Below are positions 40,656 through 64,000 of a DNA stretch of 64,000 nucleotides, piece after piece; positions within the stretch are counted from its first letter, which is position 1, and every line of letters begins with the position of its first letter. The position numbers were made by a program, and so were the translations under genes. The notes beneath the pieces are model-generated. The model was not told the origin of the DNA and ran no database searches. It worked only from the letters and a program-made list of their open reading frames with translations. The DNA lies in NCBI GenBank assembly GCA_030141605.1, contig JAQGDQ010000267.1:248001-312000 (forward strand), read 5' to 3'. This DNA comes from Tubiluchus corallicola (Eukaryota; Animalia; Priapulida).

Positions 40656-42319
40656 TGTCACACCTTGATTAGAGAAAAATTAGTGATTAATTAAAAGAAA
40701 GTTCGGTAACTTGTGTCTGGGGCTTTTGTGTTAATTAGGTGCTCATATCAAGGTTATTCCTTCCAGTCTTTGGTATAAAAAACGCTTGCAGAAGCTACAG
40801 AAGTTTATATTTTAACTTTTTTGCAAAAGTATCTAATATTTGATTTCATAAGTCCAGTCTTCGCTAATAAAAAAACTCTTCATTGAAGAGAATCCCAAAA
40901 CACAACAATTTAGAAAAACAAGTGGTTATACGCACAAATGGTGTATGTATGACCAAACAAATGGTCATTGATAAGAGCTGGAATTCATATTCAAAATCTA
41001 TTTTAAATCTTTCAAGTTTAGAAATTAATTTTAATTATTAAAAATATTAAAAAAATACTAAAAAATAAATCAAATAATACTAAAAATACTAAATACTAAT
41101 ACGAAAGTATAAAATTAGCATTGAAGTCAATAAATAAAGTCTATTTTTTCAATTAGATAATTGAAATTTTTAACTTTAAATTATTAAATTATTAGCAAAA
41201 AATTAACTTTAAATTTCTGAATTAAAATTTTTTTAATGATTTACATTATCTAAACACTGCTGATAACTACGATGTTTATTTTTACTGTTTCTCGAAGATG
41301 CCCTACGAATGGTGAAACAACATATAAAAACAAAGATGCAAAGTAGAATAGCAGTACAACCTTATCTTCAGTGATAAAAAGAAGAACATCTATTAAAAGC
41401 TGCGTGTATTATAAGATAAGGGAAATGCTAAGTTGTCGCAGCTTGTGTTTAATCACCAAAGTTAAGCAACGCTGAACCTGGAAGTTATATATATATATAT
41501 ATACTCGAACATGATTAAGACTGTTAACGGTTCATTCTCTCAACTTAAGGATTATGCTGATAGATTTTACTGCCGCAATCAATTTAATCCCAACAGAAAA
41601 ATTGGACACTGTCATCTAATGGACAGCTTCGTACAAACTTTTTGCTGGGAGTACAAAACCATTTATTACATCAAATGACTGCTGAGGCAAGGTGAATCTA
41701 TCACGTCCACAATGTTTGTTGTGACACAACACCCTCCACCCCGTCTCGCAGAACCGGCAGTCTAGAGGGGTATGATCGGTAGCAACGACCTGAAAAATAA
41801 CGAGTTTAATTATTTCATTTGAACTGAATCGTCTGAAAATTCTCCAGAAGTCAATCCCGGCAAACACATTGGGGTATCCCGAACGAAGAGGAACGCCAAG
41901 ACAATAAAAAACCACGCCATTGATCAAGATTCAATCGATGAGTTTGTGAGACATCTACGAGATCTGTTGGAGTATTTGAGTTCTTCAAATCACTGCTCCA
42001 GTCTATCTGTTTCGATATTTTAAGCTGTGCAAGACGTATAAGGCTCCACTTCAAATTTTGAGGGCACGATAGACCTGTTTGTCATGTTGTTTTGGCAATT
42101 CTTTGATATAATACCAACGTCATCGCAATCAATTTTAAATTTTGTCATCAGTCTCAGTAGTTGCTTTAATGTGTTAATTGCTAATTTAAAATTCCAATTC
42201 TACTTTACCTTTGTTATGGATATCCGTATATCTCATCAGATCTTGTTATATTTGTGACCGTGCAATGTTGTGTTTTTGTTTGCCAATAAATTTTAAGAAC
42301 CAGAGGGTATACGTACAAG

Positions 42320-42420
42320 AACACTAGGGTTATGGAACAAACTACCTGAATACGTACTTAATTCACCCTCACTAAACACCTTCAACAAGAGTCGCTTGTA
42401 TGAATACTTCGGTACCATGA
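42320..42420 (+). mobile_element. CR1/L2-type LINE 3' end fragment
   Basis: LWNKLPEYVLNSPSLNTF matches the WN.LP....S...FK motif. Confidence 0.6.
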
Positions 42421-45400
42421 AATATACTCAACTGATCTAAAAGACTGCGTTAGTGGGCACTTATTATAAAATTTCAAGACAATGACTGGTAGCTGGTTAA
42501 TAAATTGTTCTGTACGTTAGCTATTACTCGTTATTGCTTAGCAAAAGAACATGCATCACCCTGTAAATGTAGAAAGCATGGATTAACATTGACATAAGAA
42601 ACATACAGTTACTTAACAGAAACTTTACCTTATTCGCTATTATTGACTCGCTTGATGTTGATAATGTTGATTTTCATGCACCTAGTCCGTGAAATCATAC
42701 CACATTAAAGATCTCCGACATAAACGATAAATTTACAGTGTACCTTAGCAACCATATTTATTACCGATCATTTTTAAAATACTAATTGTAATGTTTACTG
42801 TCACATGTATTTTACCTAGACCTATTGTAAATACGTGAGTGCGCTGTCTTATATGACCTTGGTAATGATGTTTACTTACACTATGGTCTTGCAGTGGACA
42901 AATGGTATAGTTCATGTGTATTCTGGTTCAAACTTGAATGGCTTAAATTTGCAGATTACGTTTTATGTTTGTTGGTAAACCTAGTTTTTGATGAATAAAT
43001 AAAGAATAAAACCGAACGGAGAAGAATGGAATTGAATAGGAGTAGAACAGCGTAGAACAAAATTGAACAGAGTAGAACAGAAAAGCTAAAACAGAGTAAA
43101 GTAGAATAGAGAAGAAAAGATGGAAATAGACGAAGGGTAATGAAAGAAAAGAGACGAGAGGTGACGAGAAGAGACGATTACTAAACAGAAGGTAAGGAAG
43201 GGAAGGGAAGAGGAGAGGGGAACAGAAGAAAAGAGAATTGAAGAGAAGAGAAAAGAAGAAAAAGAGATAACAGGTAGTACCTGAAAAAGTTTGGAGAATT
43301 GCAAGTTCAGCTACAACATCAATGATTGTCTGCTTCCAATAACTGAAATGCCAAAGAATCGAGTCGGCGCTTTAAACACTCTCAAACAAGCTTAGAATGT
43401 TTACAATTTTAAGACAAGTTGTTTATGTTTGTTCAAGTACTTCCGGCTGTCAAATGAATGCCGTCACTTCTTGTCAAACCTGACTCTTCGTTGCTCTTTC
43501 TTGTGACTGAGAGTATAGATGCCGTGCGCATTGATTGCATGGACACTGCAATCACAGTTAAGTATAAAAACTTTCCTTATACCAATATCTATAAGAGGAT
43601 ACAGTCAGTATATATATTTCACCTATGAGCATCAAGTTAAATTTGGTGGATACGAGCTTATGAGCTTATGAAGATATGGTGCATGAAATGGTGGTATTGA
43701 TTTTTGTAACTTTGTGGTATTGATTTTTTTTACATTAAAGGAAACAAACCAGTATTGACAATATCAACTCATCTCTCCTGGAATAGATAAACGACCAACG
43801 GAAACACAAATTATAGTAAGTAAGAAAAACTATCATTGACAATAAAGACAACGCATAACTACCCATAATGTACACATTCATACACACAAGCAACCATACA
43901 AGTACTTATGGACATCCATCCACTCACACGAAGAATATAAGGTTCTTACTAAAACGGTGTTCACATTACTAATTAACCGGCGGATTAATAAGCTAATAAA
44001 AATCAAAACATTTCGTTTGACGTGATCAAGAATCGCCGAAAGTAGTGCAGCCGTGGAGCTGTAGCCTTGGAAACCACATATTCGTGCACATACAAGAGGA
44101 TCATGTATGGATTGTGTTTTCGTCGTCTAGGTGCTTCAAGTTCTAAAATATGGCAGTCTCCACATAGTGATGTCACGCATTCCTGTCCACCGCCACTGCT
44201 CACGATGCATCATCCTCAAGTCTAGAGTTGAATTTCCTAAATCCTTGCAGCATAGCTATGTACGTCAGTAGATGACCCTATTTCTAATTTACGTAATGCT
44301 ATAGGAAGAGGGAACCCTTGGGGTAGTTTTAGTGCATGCTCAATCCAATGTAATCTTCTTACATGTGTTTGTTTATTCCAAGGATTCTTCTTCACCTCAT
44401 CATACAGATTATTTCGTTGTTTCCCGAATAAGAAGCTGTGAAGAACTTTAAGTAAACGTTTTTAAATTTTCATTAAAGAAATTAATGAATGTCTTTCCTC
44501 CAATGATACGAAACAACCGAGAAATTTAAACTTTTACTACAAAACTTTATTATCACATTGCTTATTTTTAAAACCCGTATATGCATAAAAAATAAACGAT
44601 TTAGATAATGGTAAAAAACATGATTGACAACCAAATGAATTACATATGTAACAGATATCAATATTAATTTAACACGTATAAAGCAATCAGCTGTTGTCAT
44701 TAATTGCACAATCTAAATGGCTTGAATGACTGATTTCATTGATTATTATTTGTACTAAAAAACATACGCGAAAATAGTATTTAAAAATAAACTCCAGTTG
44801 TGCCGAAATATATCTCATTGCAATAATAACACGTTTACAATATAGTAATATGTATATGATGCACGACGTAGGTATCTGTTTTTGTAGTACGTGTAGGTGT
44901 CCGTCGTATAGTTTGGCTCTGCTTGCATCACATTCAGTAAAATTATATTTCAGTAAAAATAGCTTCAACAATGTTACGTATTATTAACAATTAGTACAAT
45001 TAGTTTAGGGCTCTGTGAAAGTTATTTGTGAAGTTGAAATTGAACACTTGTAGAAAACAACTAAACACAAGATTGCATGTTTGCACAAAACTGAAACACT
45101 TTTATTGCACTAAATACACAGTAAAATGCACAAGTAAAATGAAGATCACAACTGCTGCACAGCACTGAGTGTTTGACAGTGTGTCCCATGAGTTGCACGA
45201 CTGCACTGCCTGAGACAGAGAGTCACTAGCAGCGAAATATAGCCAGTTTATATAGGTAGAGAACTATGCAAAAACTTGGCTTCACATATCCCATTACAGT
45301 GAAAATAGGGGAGATCCAGTGAGTTTGAATATTCACTGGACCGAACAATTGTACTAAGGGTGAGTTGAACTAGTAAAATGTTAAAGTAACTAATCAATAG

Positions 45401-45549
45401 ATGGCAGCACCTAAAATATACAGTTACAACTTTTACAGGCTCAGCGTGTAATACAATGATGATTATTTTCACAATGTTGTTTTGTAGCCCGAATTACGTT
45501 ATGACGATTTGTGCTACAATCAGAGCTTTCGGTTTCACATTTTTTTTAA

Positions 45550-45760
45550 AATGGACATTGCTATAAAGAAAAGCAACCTTTATACATCGTTAGATTTTAT
45601 ATTGTCAACTCTAGGAAGGAGATGTAATGAAATGGTGTCCAAAACGCTGATGAATGTATATTGTTCTGTTGTTCGCGGATACATAGAAGCTAATTTATCA
45701 TCTTTTGAGCAAGAAAATATTATAAAAGTTTGAACAACAATATTGCTAGATGAATGTCCT
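45550..45760 (+). mobile_element. Highly degenerate LINE RT C-terminal remnant
   Basis: KTLMNVYCSVVRGYIEA resembles the L..Y.S.VR..LEY motif. Confidence 0.4.
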
Positions 45761-46144
45761 ATGAATATTGCTTCATAGAACACAGACTACAGGAATATGC
45801 AGGATTATAAACGTAATGAGAGTGTCAAGGTTTTAATGAATTACTCTGGTATTGTACCAGAAAACTTTCTAATTGATTGCAAAAAATAATTTTTTAAAGA
45901 AAATTCAAAGCCCGAGTTTGAATTTTGCTATTTAATGTTGAATTTTGCTAACGACATTTATTGTCGCTTAAGAAGAAAGCATGGCTTACCTTTAAGCTTT
46001 CTGAATGTTAAAAAGCTAGTTATTAATGTATTTAATGTGTGTTTACAAGATTACCTGTGAAAGATAAATAAAGATTAACAATATTTTGATGTAGTTCGAC
46101 ATATTTATAAATTGTTTTTCTTATGCACACTAATTTTTCTCTTC

Positions 46145-46202
46145 GTGTGTGTGTGTGTGTGTGTGTGTGCGTGCGTGCGTGCGTGAGTGAGTGAGTGTGT
46201 GT

Positions 46203-46283
<81 letters not shown>

Positions 46284-46359
46284 GCGTGTGTGTATGTGTG
46301 TGTGCGTGCGTGTGCGTGTGAGTGTGAGTGTGAGTGTGCGTGTGCGTGTGCGTGTGCGT

Positions 46360-46404
<45 letters not shown>

Positions 46405-46410
46405 TGTGTG
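46145..46410. repeat. (GT)n compound microsatellite
   Basis: Directly visible. Confidence 0.97.
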
Positions 46411-46863
46411 TACTTGTTATAGACGCACACATTAAACTATTTCTTCGTATAGACACTAAACTATTTCTTATTGTATTTTGTGTATAACCTCTACCTAACT
46501 TTACCTATCATGGCATGTAACAAAAGAACAGTAATGGTAAAAAATGAATCACAATGACTCTTTGCTATTATAGCTAAAATACTAAGCGATGCAGGAAGAA
46601 AAATTTCGTGAAAACTATAACACTACTAAATAAAGCGGCTGCTGATTTGATTTAGTGAGACGAATAGATGGGATACCAGGTGGAAAATAATAAGATGGTG
46701 GTAGGAAGCTGCCTAATAATGATGGAAGCCAGAAAGGGTGGGAAAACGAGGAGAAAGGGTCGGATAATGTTAATTTATTTAAATACTTACAACAAGGAAT
46801 AAAAACGTACCCAATAATTTAAGCTGAGATTGAGATTAACAACAATTTTAAGTAAGTGGCAGC

Positions 46864-47011
<148 letters not shown>

Positions 47012-48292
47012 GGGTTACAGCATTTAACAATGAACACAACAGTTATTTGTTATTTCTTCATACTGTTTATTTTGTAATTAAATTGAAACTACAAGTTTAC
47101 ATCCAATCCAGAGCATGTAACCATAGCAAAATTACATTATGTGAATAAAATTGCCCTGGCTGAAGGATGACTAATAAATTGTGGCATTTGTATGTCTTCG
47201 CAAAGCATATGCAACATTCAACAGTACCAATTTGTCAGACATTAATGTTGAAATTGTTCAAAGCTTGAATTAAACGCAAGTTGTCGGATGGTCTTTTCCG
47301 ACTTTCTCGATCGACAAATTCGGATATAAATCGGATCGTGAATACCTATCTCCCGACATCAGTCCGACTACAACCAACATGATCCGATTTTTTCGGTCGA
47401 CGTAAGAACAGGGCAAGACGTAAGAACTTTATTTCACACATAATCATGATTTACAGTATGTCAGTTTACGAATAAATGTTTAAACATCGTTTAATCATTT
47501 CTCCTATCTAAAGTGAAGTACATAATTTTAATCAGCATTGTAGACAATAATAAAGTTATTTTTACTAGTCTAGTACAATATAATGGTGCTGTTTGTTAAA
47601 TTGTAATTTTTTTCAGTTACTGCATAAATTAAACTTTAGATAATATAGAGGCCTAAATTACAAACAGAAAATAAAATAATTATACTAATTTGTAAAGCAG
47701 GGAACTTGTGAATTGCCTTAAATGAAGAAGAAAAAACACATTTACATATGTTTGATCTCAAGATATAAAAAGACAACAATTTTTACATGAAATATAATCA
47801 CGGACAATTAGAAAATACCATAATTGTTTGCTGACATTGAGATATGTAGATTAATTTTGATCGATTATATTAAATAATAGGCATCTACATTAGATTCCGT
47901 AATTTTTACGAGTGAGGATTTGAACGATTAAAATCATGAATTAAAAAAGCACAAAAAGTAATACATAAGAAAGCGAGATAACCACGCGTGCAGAAAGCAC
48001 TGAAATGCATAAATGATAGATTCAGAGTGAGTACGTATTCAATAATATTTTTTATCATTGAAGTCAAATCTGTGCCCGACTTTACCTCAGATGGTAAAGT
48101 CTAATTCTTCCAGACTTTTGCAGCGTTATGTCGTAGACTATTTAAGCCATAAGATAATTCGAATCGTTTTGAAAAAAATCCTTTACTTGTAGTACTTGTG
48201 TGATAAGTGTAGACTTTACATGTATAATTAAAACAGTTTTTGAAAAGTTCGGGTGAAAAATTATTATTTTTATCTACTTTTGCTTTGAATTT

Positions 48293-58831
<10,539 letters not shown>

Positions 58832-59159
58832 GGTGAGTGGTAATTCGATATTTCTGTGGAAAAAGCAGTGTAATAGTTATAAAGCTTTGATTACGCTCAT
58901 TTTCGTAACTTAAAGCTACACGAGGAAGCCTGCGCGTAAATGACGCAAATTCGCATTATTTGCAATTATCAAACTCCACTGGCCGCAGTGGTTTCTCATG
59001 TACATGAAAGCTGATACTTTAATGTAGTTCTAATTCGCATATTAATAATATTGCATAAATTGTGAGCAGTCCTGTTAGCAGCAGTAGCTTCGACGCAGAA
59101 GGTATGCAATAACTAAATGAAAGATCAAGGAATGAGTTGTGAGCACAATTGGTTTCTGT

Positions 59160-59880
59160 AAAGTTATGTAAATTCGCTCTTGGCGTCAATAAATTTTCCG
59201 TGAATCATGCAGTCAGGGGAGAGCTGGGTCATTTCGCTCTATACGTAGACGTTATAATTAGGACAATAAAATACTGTCTTAAAAAACTAAATTCTCCACA
59301 AAATACATTGATATACCAAACTTACGAAGAAAATAAAAATCTCCTTACCCAAAATACGGGATGTTGGTTACAATTTGTAAGAAAAATTTTACGCCATTTG
59401 GGCTTTTCTCATATTTGGGAACAGCAAGGGGTCGATCAAACTAAACCTTTTCTACATGCTTTAAAGGAGAAATTACAAACAAATTATAAAATTTACAGGA
59501 AGGAATGTGTTACAAAAGAAACGGGCAAAACAGGCGAAACTAATAAACTATGAACCTACACAAAATGTAAGCAAGAATTTGAAGCTGAAAGGTATCTTCT
59601 TTTTATACATAATCATGTACTAAGATCGACCTTTACTAAACTGCGTATTAGTCCTCACAACTTGTATATAAAAAAGACCGACATTGTATACCCAAAATAC
59701 CTGTTAACAATCGAATATGTAAACATTGTAATGAAGGAAAAATTGAAGATGAAATGCATTTTACTGTAAAAATTACCATGATCTAAGGTTAAATTTATTC
59801 AGTTCCATTGCGAAAATTTTCACTACTTTTATTAATCTACTTATAGGCCAAAAATTTATTTTACTGTTAAGAGGTAGTGA
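59160..59880 (+). mobile_element. 5'-truncated non-LTR retrotransposon 3' region with C-terminal Cys/His motif
   Basis: CKFALGV..NHAVRGELG..IKY..W..VRKILRHLGFSHIW..KL*TY..F.AE.YL..TKLRISPHNL / RICKHCNEGKIEDEMHF; stops and frameshifts. Confidence 0.8.
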
Positions 59881-62718
59881 TGAGGTAAAGAAATGAGTTG
59901 TGAGCAAAATTGGTTTCTGTTGTGTCCCACTTTCTCCTTTATATTTCTTTTATTTACTGTGTTTCTGTGTTGTTCTTTCTACATGTTTGTATATTTTTAG
60001 TGCTAATGAATAAAAAACAGCTCAAATTATTATACTATTAGTAATTCTGTGTGATTAATTTTCTTTTTTTCACTTAAAGTTAAAGTACAGTAATACTTTG
60101 AAACACCACGCTCTTCTCTCTTTTTTTCCTTGTTTTGTCGTTAAAAATTTATTGGTGTTCTTGTGACCAAATGTTTAAAGAAAAGGACAAATTTAACTAT
60201 TAACATGTTAGGTTTATTCTACTACTATCAGTTAAACTGAGAAAAATATAACACAAAATTTGCAAAAAATGTCTATGAAGCACTAAGACAATACGCTGCT
60301 TTTCTTCTATGGATGAACGACGTCATCGGTGGGAAAATGAGTTTTCAAAATAGCAGCACCCGAGCTTGAAATTAACGCAACTGTAAAGTGACTAAGCGAG
60401 GCACTTATCACTTTTTTAATTAAATCCTTCTAATATTTTTCGCAAATATTGAAATAAGCCTAACTTCCTACAAGAATTGGCCTTTGCTTTAAACTCTGCA
60501 TAAGTTCAGCTCTTTTTCGTTTATATACAATCTGCCATATATGATCTTACCTCTAATCCTCAACATAGCACAAGTTCGAATACTTATTTAAGTCATTCTA
60601 CGCTATGTACTTTGTATGCTGTGAGCGCCTTACACAAACTATTTAATCAAATATGCATTTAGCATCTCAGCACCTGTTCCGTAGAACTAGGATGAAGCAC
60701 ACTGGAGTCTGGCAAGCTTATTTTATAAAAAAACATCTTTGTCGTTTCTTTTGAAGTTTTTCTATAACATGTCCTATCGAGCACTATCACCATCGTTACA
60801 AGATCTTGAAGTTTAGTAAGCCTTCTATAATTTAAAATTACTAAAAAAATACAAAATACACTTACAAGTGGAAATAAGCTCCGGCTCGTCCGCTACACTA
60901 AACTTGTTTCCTTTTTTCATTGAAAGGGCCTTTTTATAAGGTTTCCTCGATGTCTGGGGGCAAAATAGCGACATAAACATGTTACACCGCTTAACATGCC
61001 ACAGCCTGCGTCACATCTTTGAAAAATGAATGAAAAATGTTACAGGCGTTGGCTGTTTTGCTATGGGGCACAAAAATACCGATTAAAGTTGACACGCCCA
61101 GCCTGTAGACTTCCCTGCCTTGACCAGGGTCAAGAAAGGTTAACTGCTACTGCTGTGATTACCAAAGAATTAAACTTTCTGTTTTAGAACTGTCCATGCA
61201 AAGAAATTGACTGCTTTTTGTTACGTGATAATTGCTTTGATACCTAGTAGACGGTATTTTTTTACACTCAGCAGTAACTATTTTTAGCGATGTAGGTCAC
61301 TTCTTTGACTTTATTTGACTTCATTAAAGTCGTAATACTTTGATAATTAAATGCTCAAAGGAAATTTTAGAAAATTGCATATAAGTGTTGCACAAATCTA
61401 AATGCTCAATCACGAAGACGTAACAAGAGGAGAAAGCGTCCCTTAATTAATTTAATGATCATAATTGTTATTCCTCATGTAAAATTTTTTCCTAATTATT
61501 ATTACATTTTATTTTCAGAAATCAGGCCAACGATCTTCTTAATTAAAAATTAAATGCTGAATTTCGTTTTTTTTTTGCTTTTAGCTTTTCCCAAAAAAGG
61601 TGTGAGGCAATTGTTTCTTGCCACCAACACGACTTACTCAAAATAACTCAAGTTTTTTAACACGGTAAAGTTTAATAGCAAACCATTTACGTCTTAAAGT
61701 AGAAGGTATATCGATTTCTCCGAACGGTGCACGCTAAAAATGCACAGGTAAAAATGGCGCACATGTGTTATTTTGATGCAGTTGATTTTTATAATGAAAC
61801 TGGAATGCGCTCGGTAGGAAGCAGATCTCTGACAAAACCGAACATTCTTAAACTTATTCGTCTGATCATTTTGATTAAATAAATTTAATACAGAGACAAA
61901 CAAGCAAACATACAAAAATGTACCTGTATTAGTACCATACAGACTAGCAAAGACTCACAAAATATATGTTCATTAAATAAGTTGATAATCAATCATGCAC
62001 AATTGTTCCACATAGTGCATATCTGCCTTTTAAACCGTTATTTTCGTCGATAGTAATAGAATGACAAATATATATGTATTTACATACCAAGTCGCCTTAT
62101 AAGGACATTAATAAGCAAAGGTTATAGAGCGCCTTACACAGTTTTCCAAGCGAGAATTTCTCCAAATGGAACTGGAACTAATTAGTAGTTGTGCGTCCAG
62201 GTGGAGATAACAAAAAAGAAGTACTAAACACTGAAGACCGCCACAAAGTTTTTTCCATGAAAGTTCTTTTGTACGTGGTGTTCGGTTAAGTTTTGTGAAA
62301 AAAGAACCCGCGAAAAGATTCCCATTTTGACACTTTAGACCCGCCTTTTCTCACGAAATTTCTTGTAGTCTGTTCAGGAGACAGTTTTGCGTAATAGACT
62401 TACTGCGATAATAAACAAAAACAACCAAGCAAATAGACAAAAAACCGTTTTTAAGCTAAACTTTCTTGCAAGATGCAAACATAACTAAAATTAATATCCC
62501 TCACAGTAACCCTAACTATACCATCATCTCACTACCATTACTTTACTAAGTGTGCCATTTTTACCAACTTTTCCATTTGTGTCATTTTTCCCGTGCGATT
62601 TTTACCTGTGTCATTTTTACCTATGTCATTTTACCTACTTTTTCATTTGTGCATTTTCTTTCCTGCACCATTTTTACAGTGCCATTTCTTCCTGTGCCAT
62701 TTTCCCTGTGCCCTAACT

Positions 62719-63399
<681 letters not shown>

Positions 63400-64000
63400 C
63401 CTAACTATACTTTTTGGTAAAACGCTTGTACCAGCGAATCGACTGCTTTTATAGTTGAACATTTTTATGACCACAGTAACCTGTTGGATAAATAAGTGCT
63501 TGGTAAGATCATGTCGGAATGCTTATCCTTGACTTAAAACTACGGCAGTTTCATAACATTTCTGAAAATTGAATTTTATCGCGCAAACTGAGAATGAATT
63601 ATTGTTATTACTGTAGATAGTTTTGTTACTTAAAATACTTTGCAGTTAAAGGGGAAGAAAAGGGATTCTTAAAGAATATCCTAAAAAACTTTCCGTACAA
63701 AGTTATATTACTTAGCATCACACTTACCTTTTTGAAACGCATGTAATAAGAAAAGGAAAGTCTTAATTTAATGTGTTCGCGCCAACTGTGTCACTGACAT
63801 CACTGGCTCACCAAAAAAACTATTATTTTTAATGAGTTAGCGAAGAGTACCCTACGAATGTAATGCTACGAATAATACATCACATTCTCAGAGACAACAA
63901 AGGCATAGACCTTTGGTGAGAATTTTATCTTCCAGGTAGGTGGGCTGTTGTTGCAGAAGGAAACCATAATTGTTGTTAACAGAGTGCAAGTTTGTAACAA

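Noticed and set aside
41616-42130. Overlapping minus-strand ORFs upstream of the MFS gene
   Set aside because: No recognisable domain or consistent splice model.
44003-44280. Possible RTE-like 3' end or small gene
   Set aside because: Too degenerate to support either call.

Overview
AT-rich, intron-rich invertebrate (metazoan) nuclear DNA; the species cannot be fixed from the sequence. I assembled four complete, frame-consistent minus-strand genes by hand from GT-AG boundaries: RSPH1 (2 coding exons, with an unusual ~300-aa C-terminal extension built largely of 8-aa repeats, and an RFX X-box upstream), a secreted PAN/apple + C-type lectin with two decayed paralogous fragments next to it, a 10-exon OFA-like MFS transporter, and a 7-exon chymotrypsin-type S1 protease. 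On the plus strand, 9-28.6 kb holds a patchwork of extracellular-receptor modules: two duplicated orphan Ig exons, an LRRCT-7xEGF-TM gene with a decayed 5' LRR exon, an LRR-LRRCT gene with a hydrophobic (GPI-like) tail, two degenerate EGF exons and another Ig exon. This is the most unusual region. The rest is transposon debris (Gmr1-like Gypsy, nested LINEs, SINEs, MITEs), tandem repeats and microsatellites. All gene models and family calls are by-eye predictions with no database search or transcript data.
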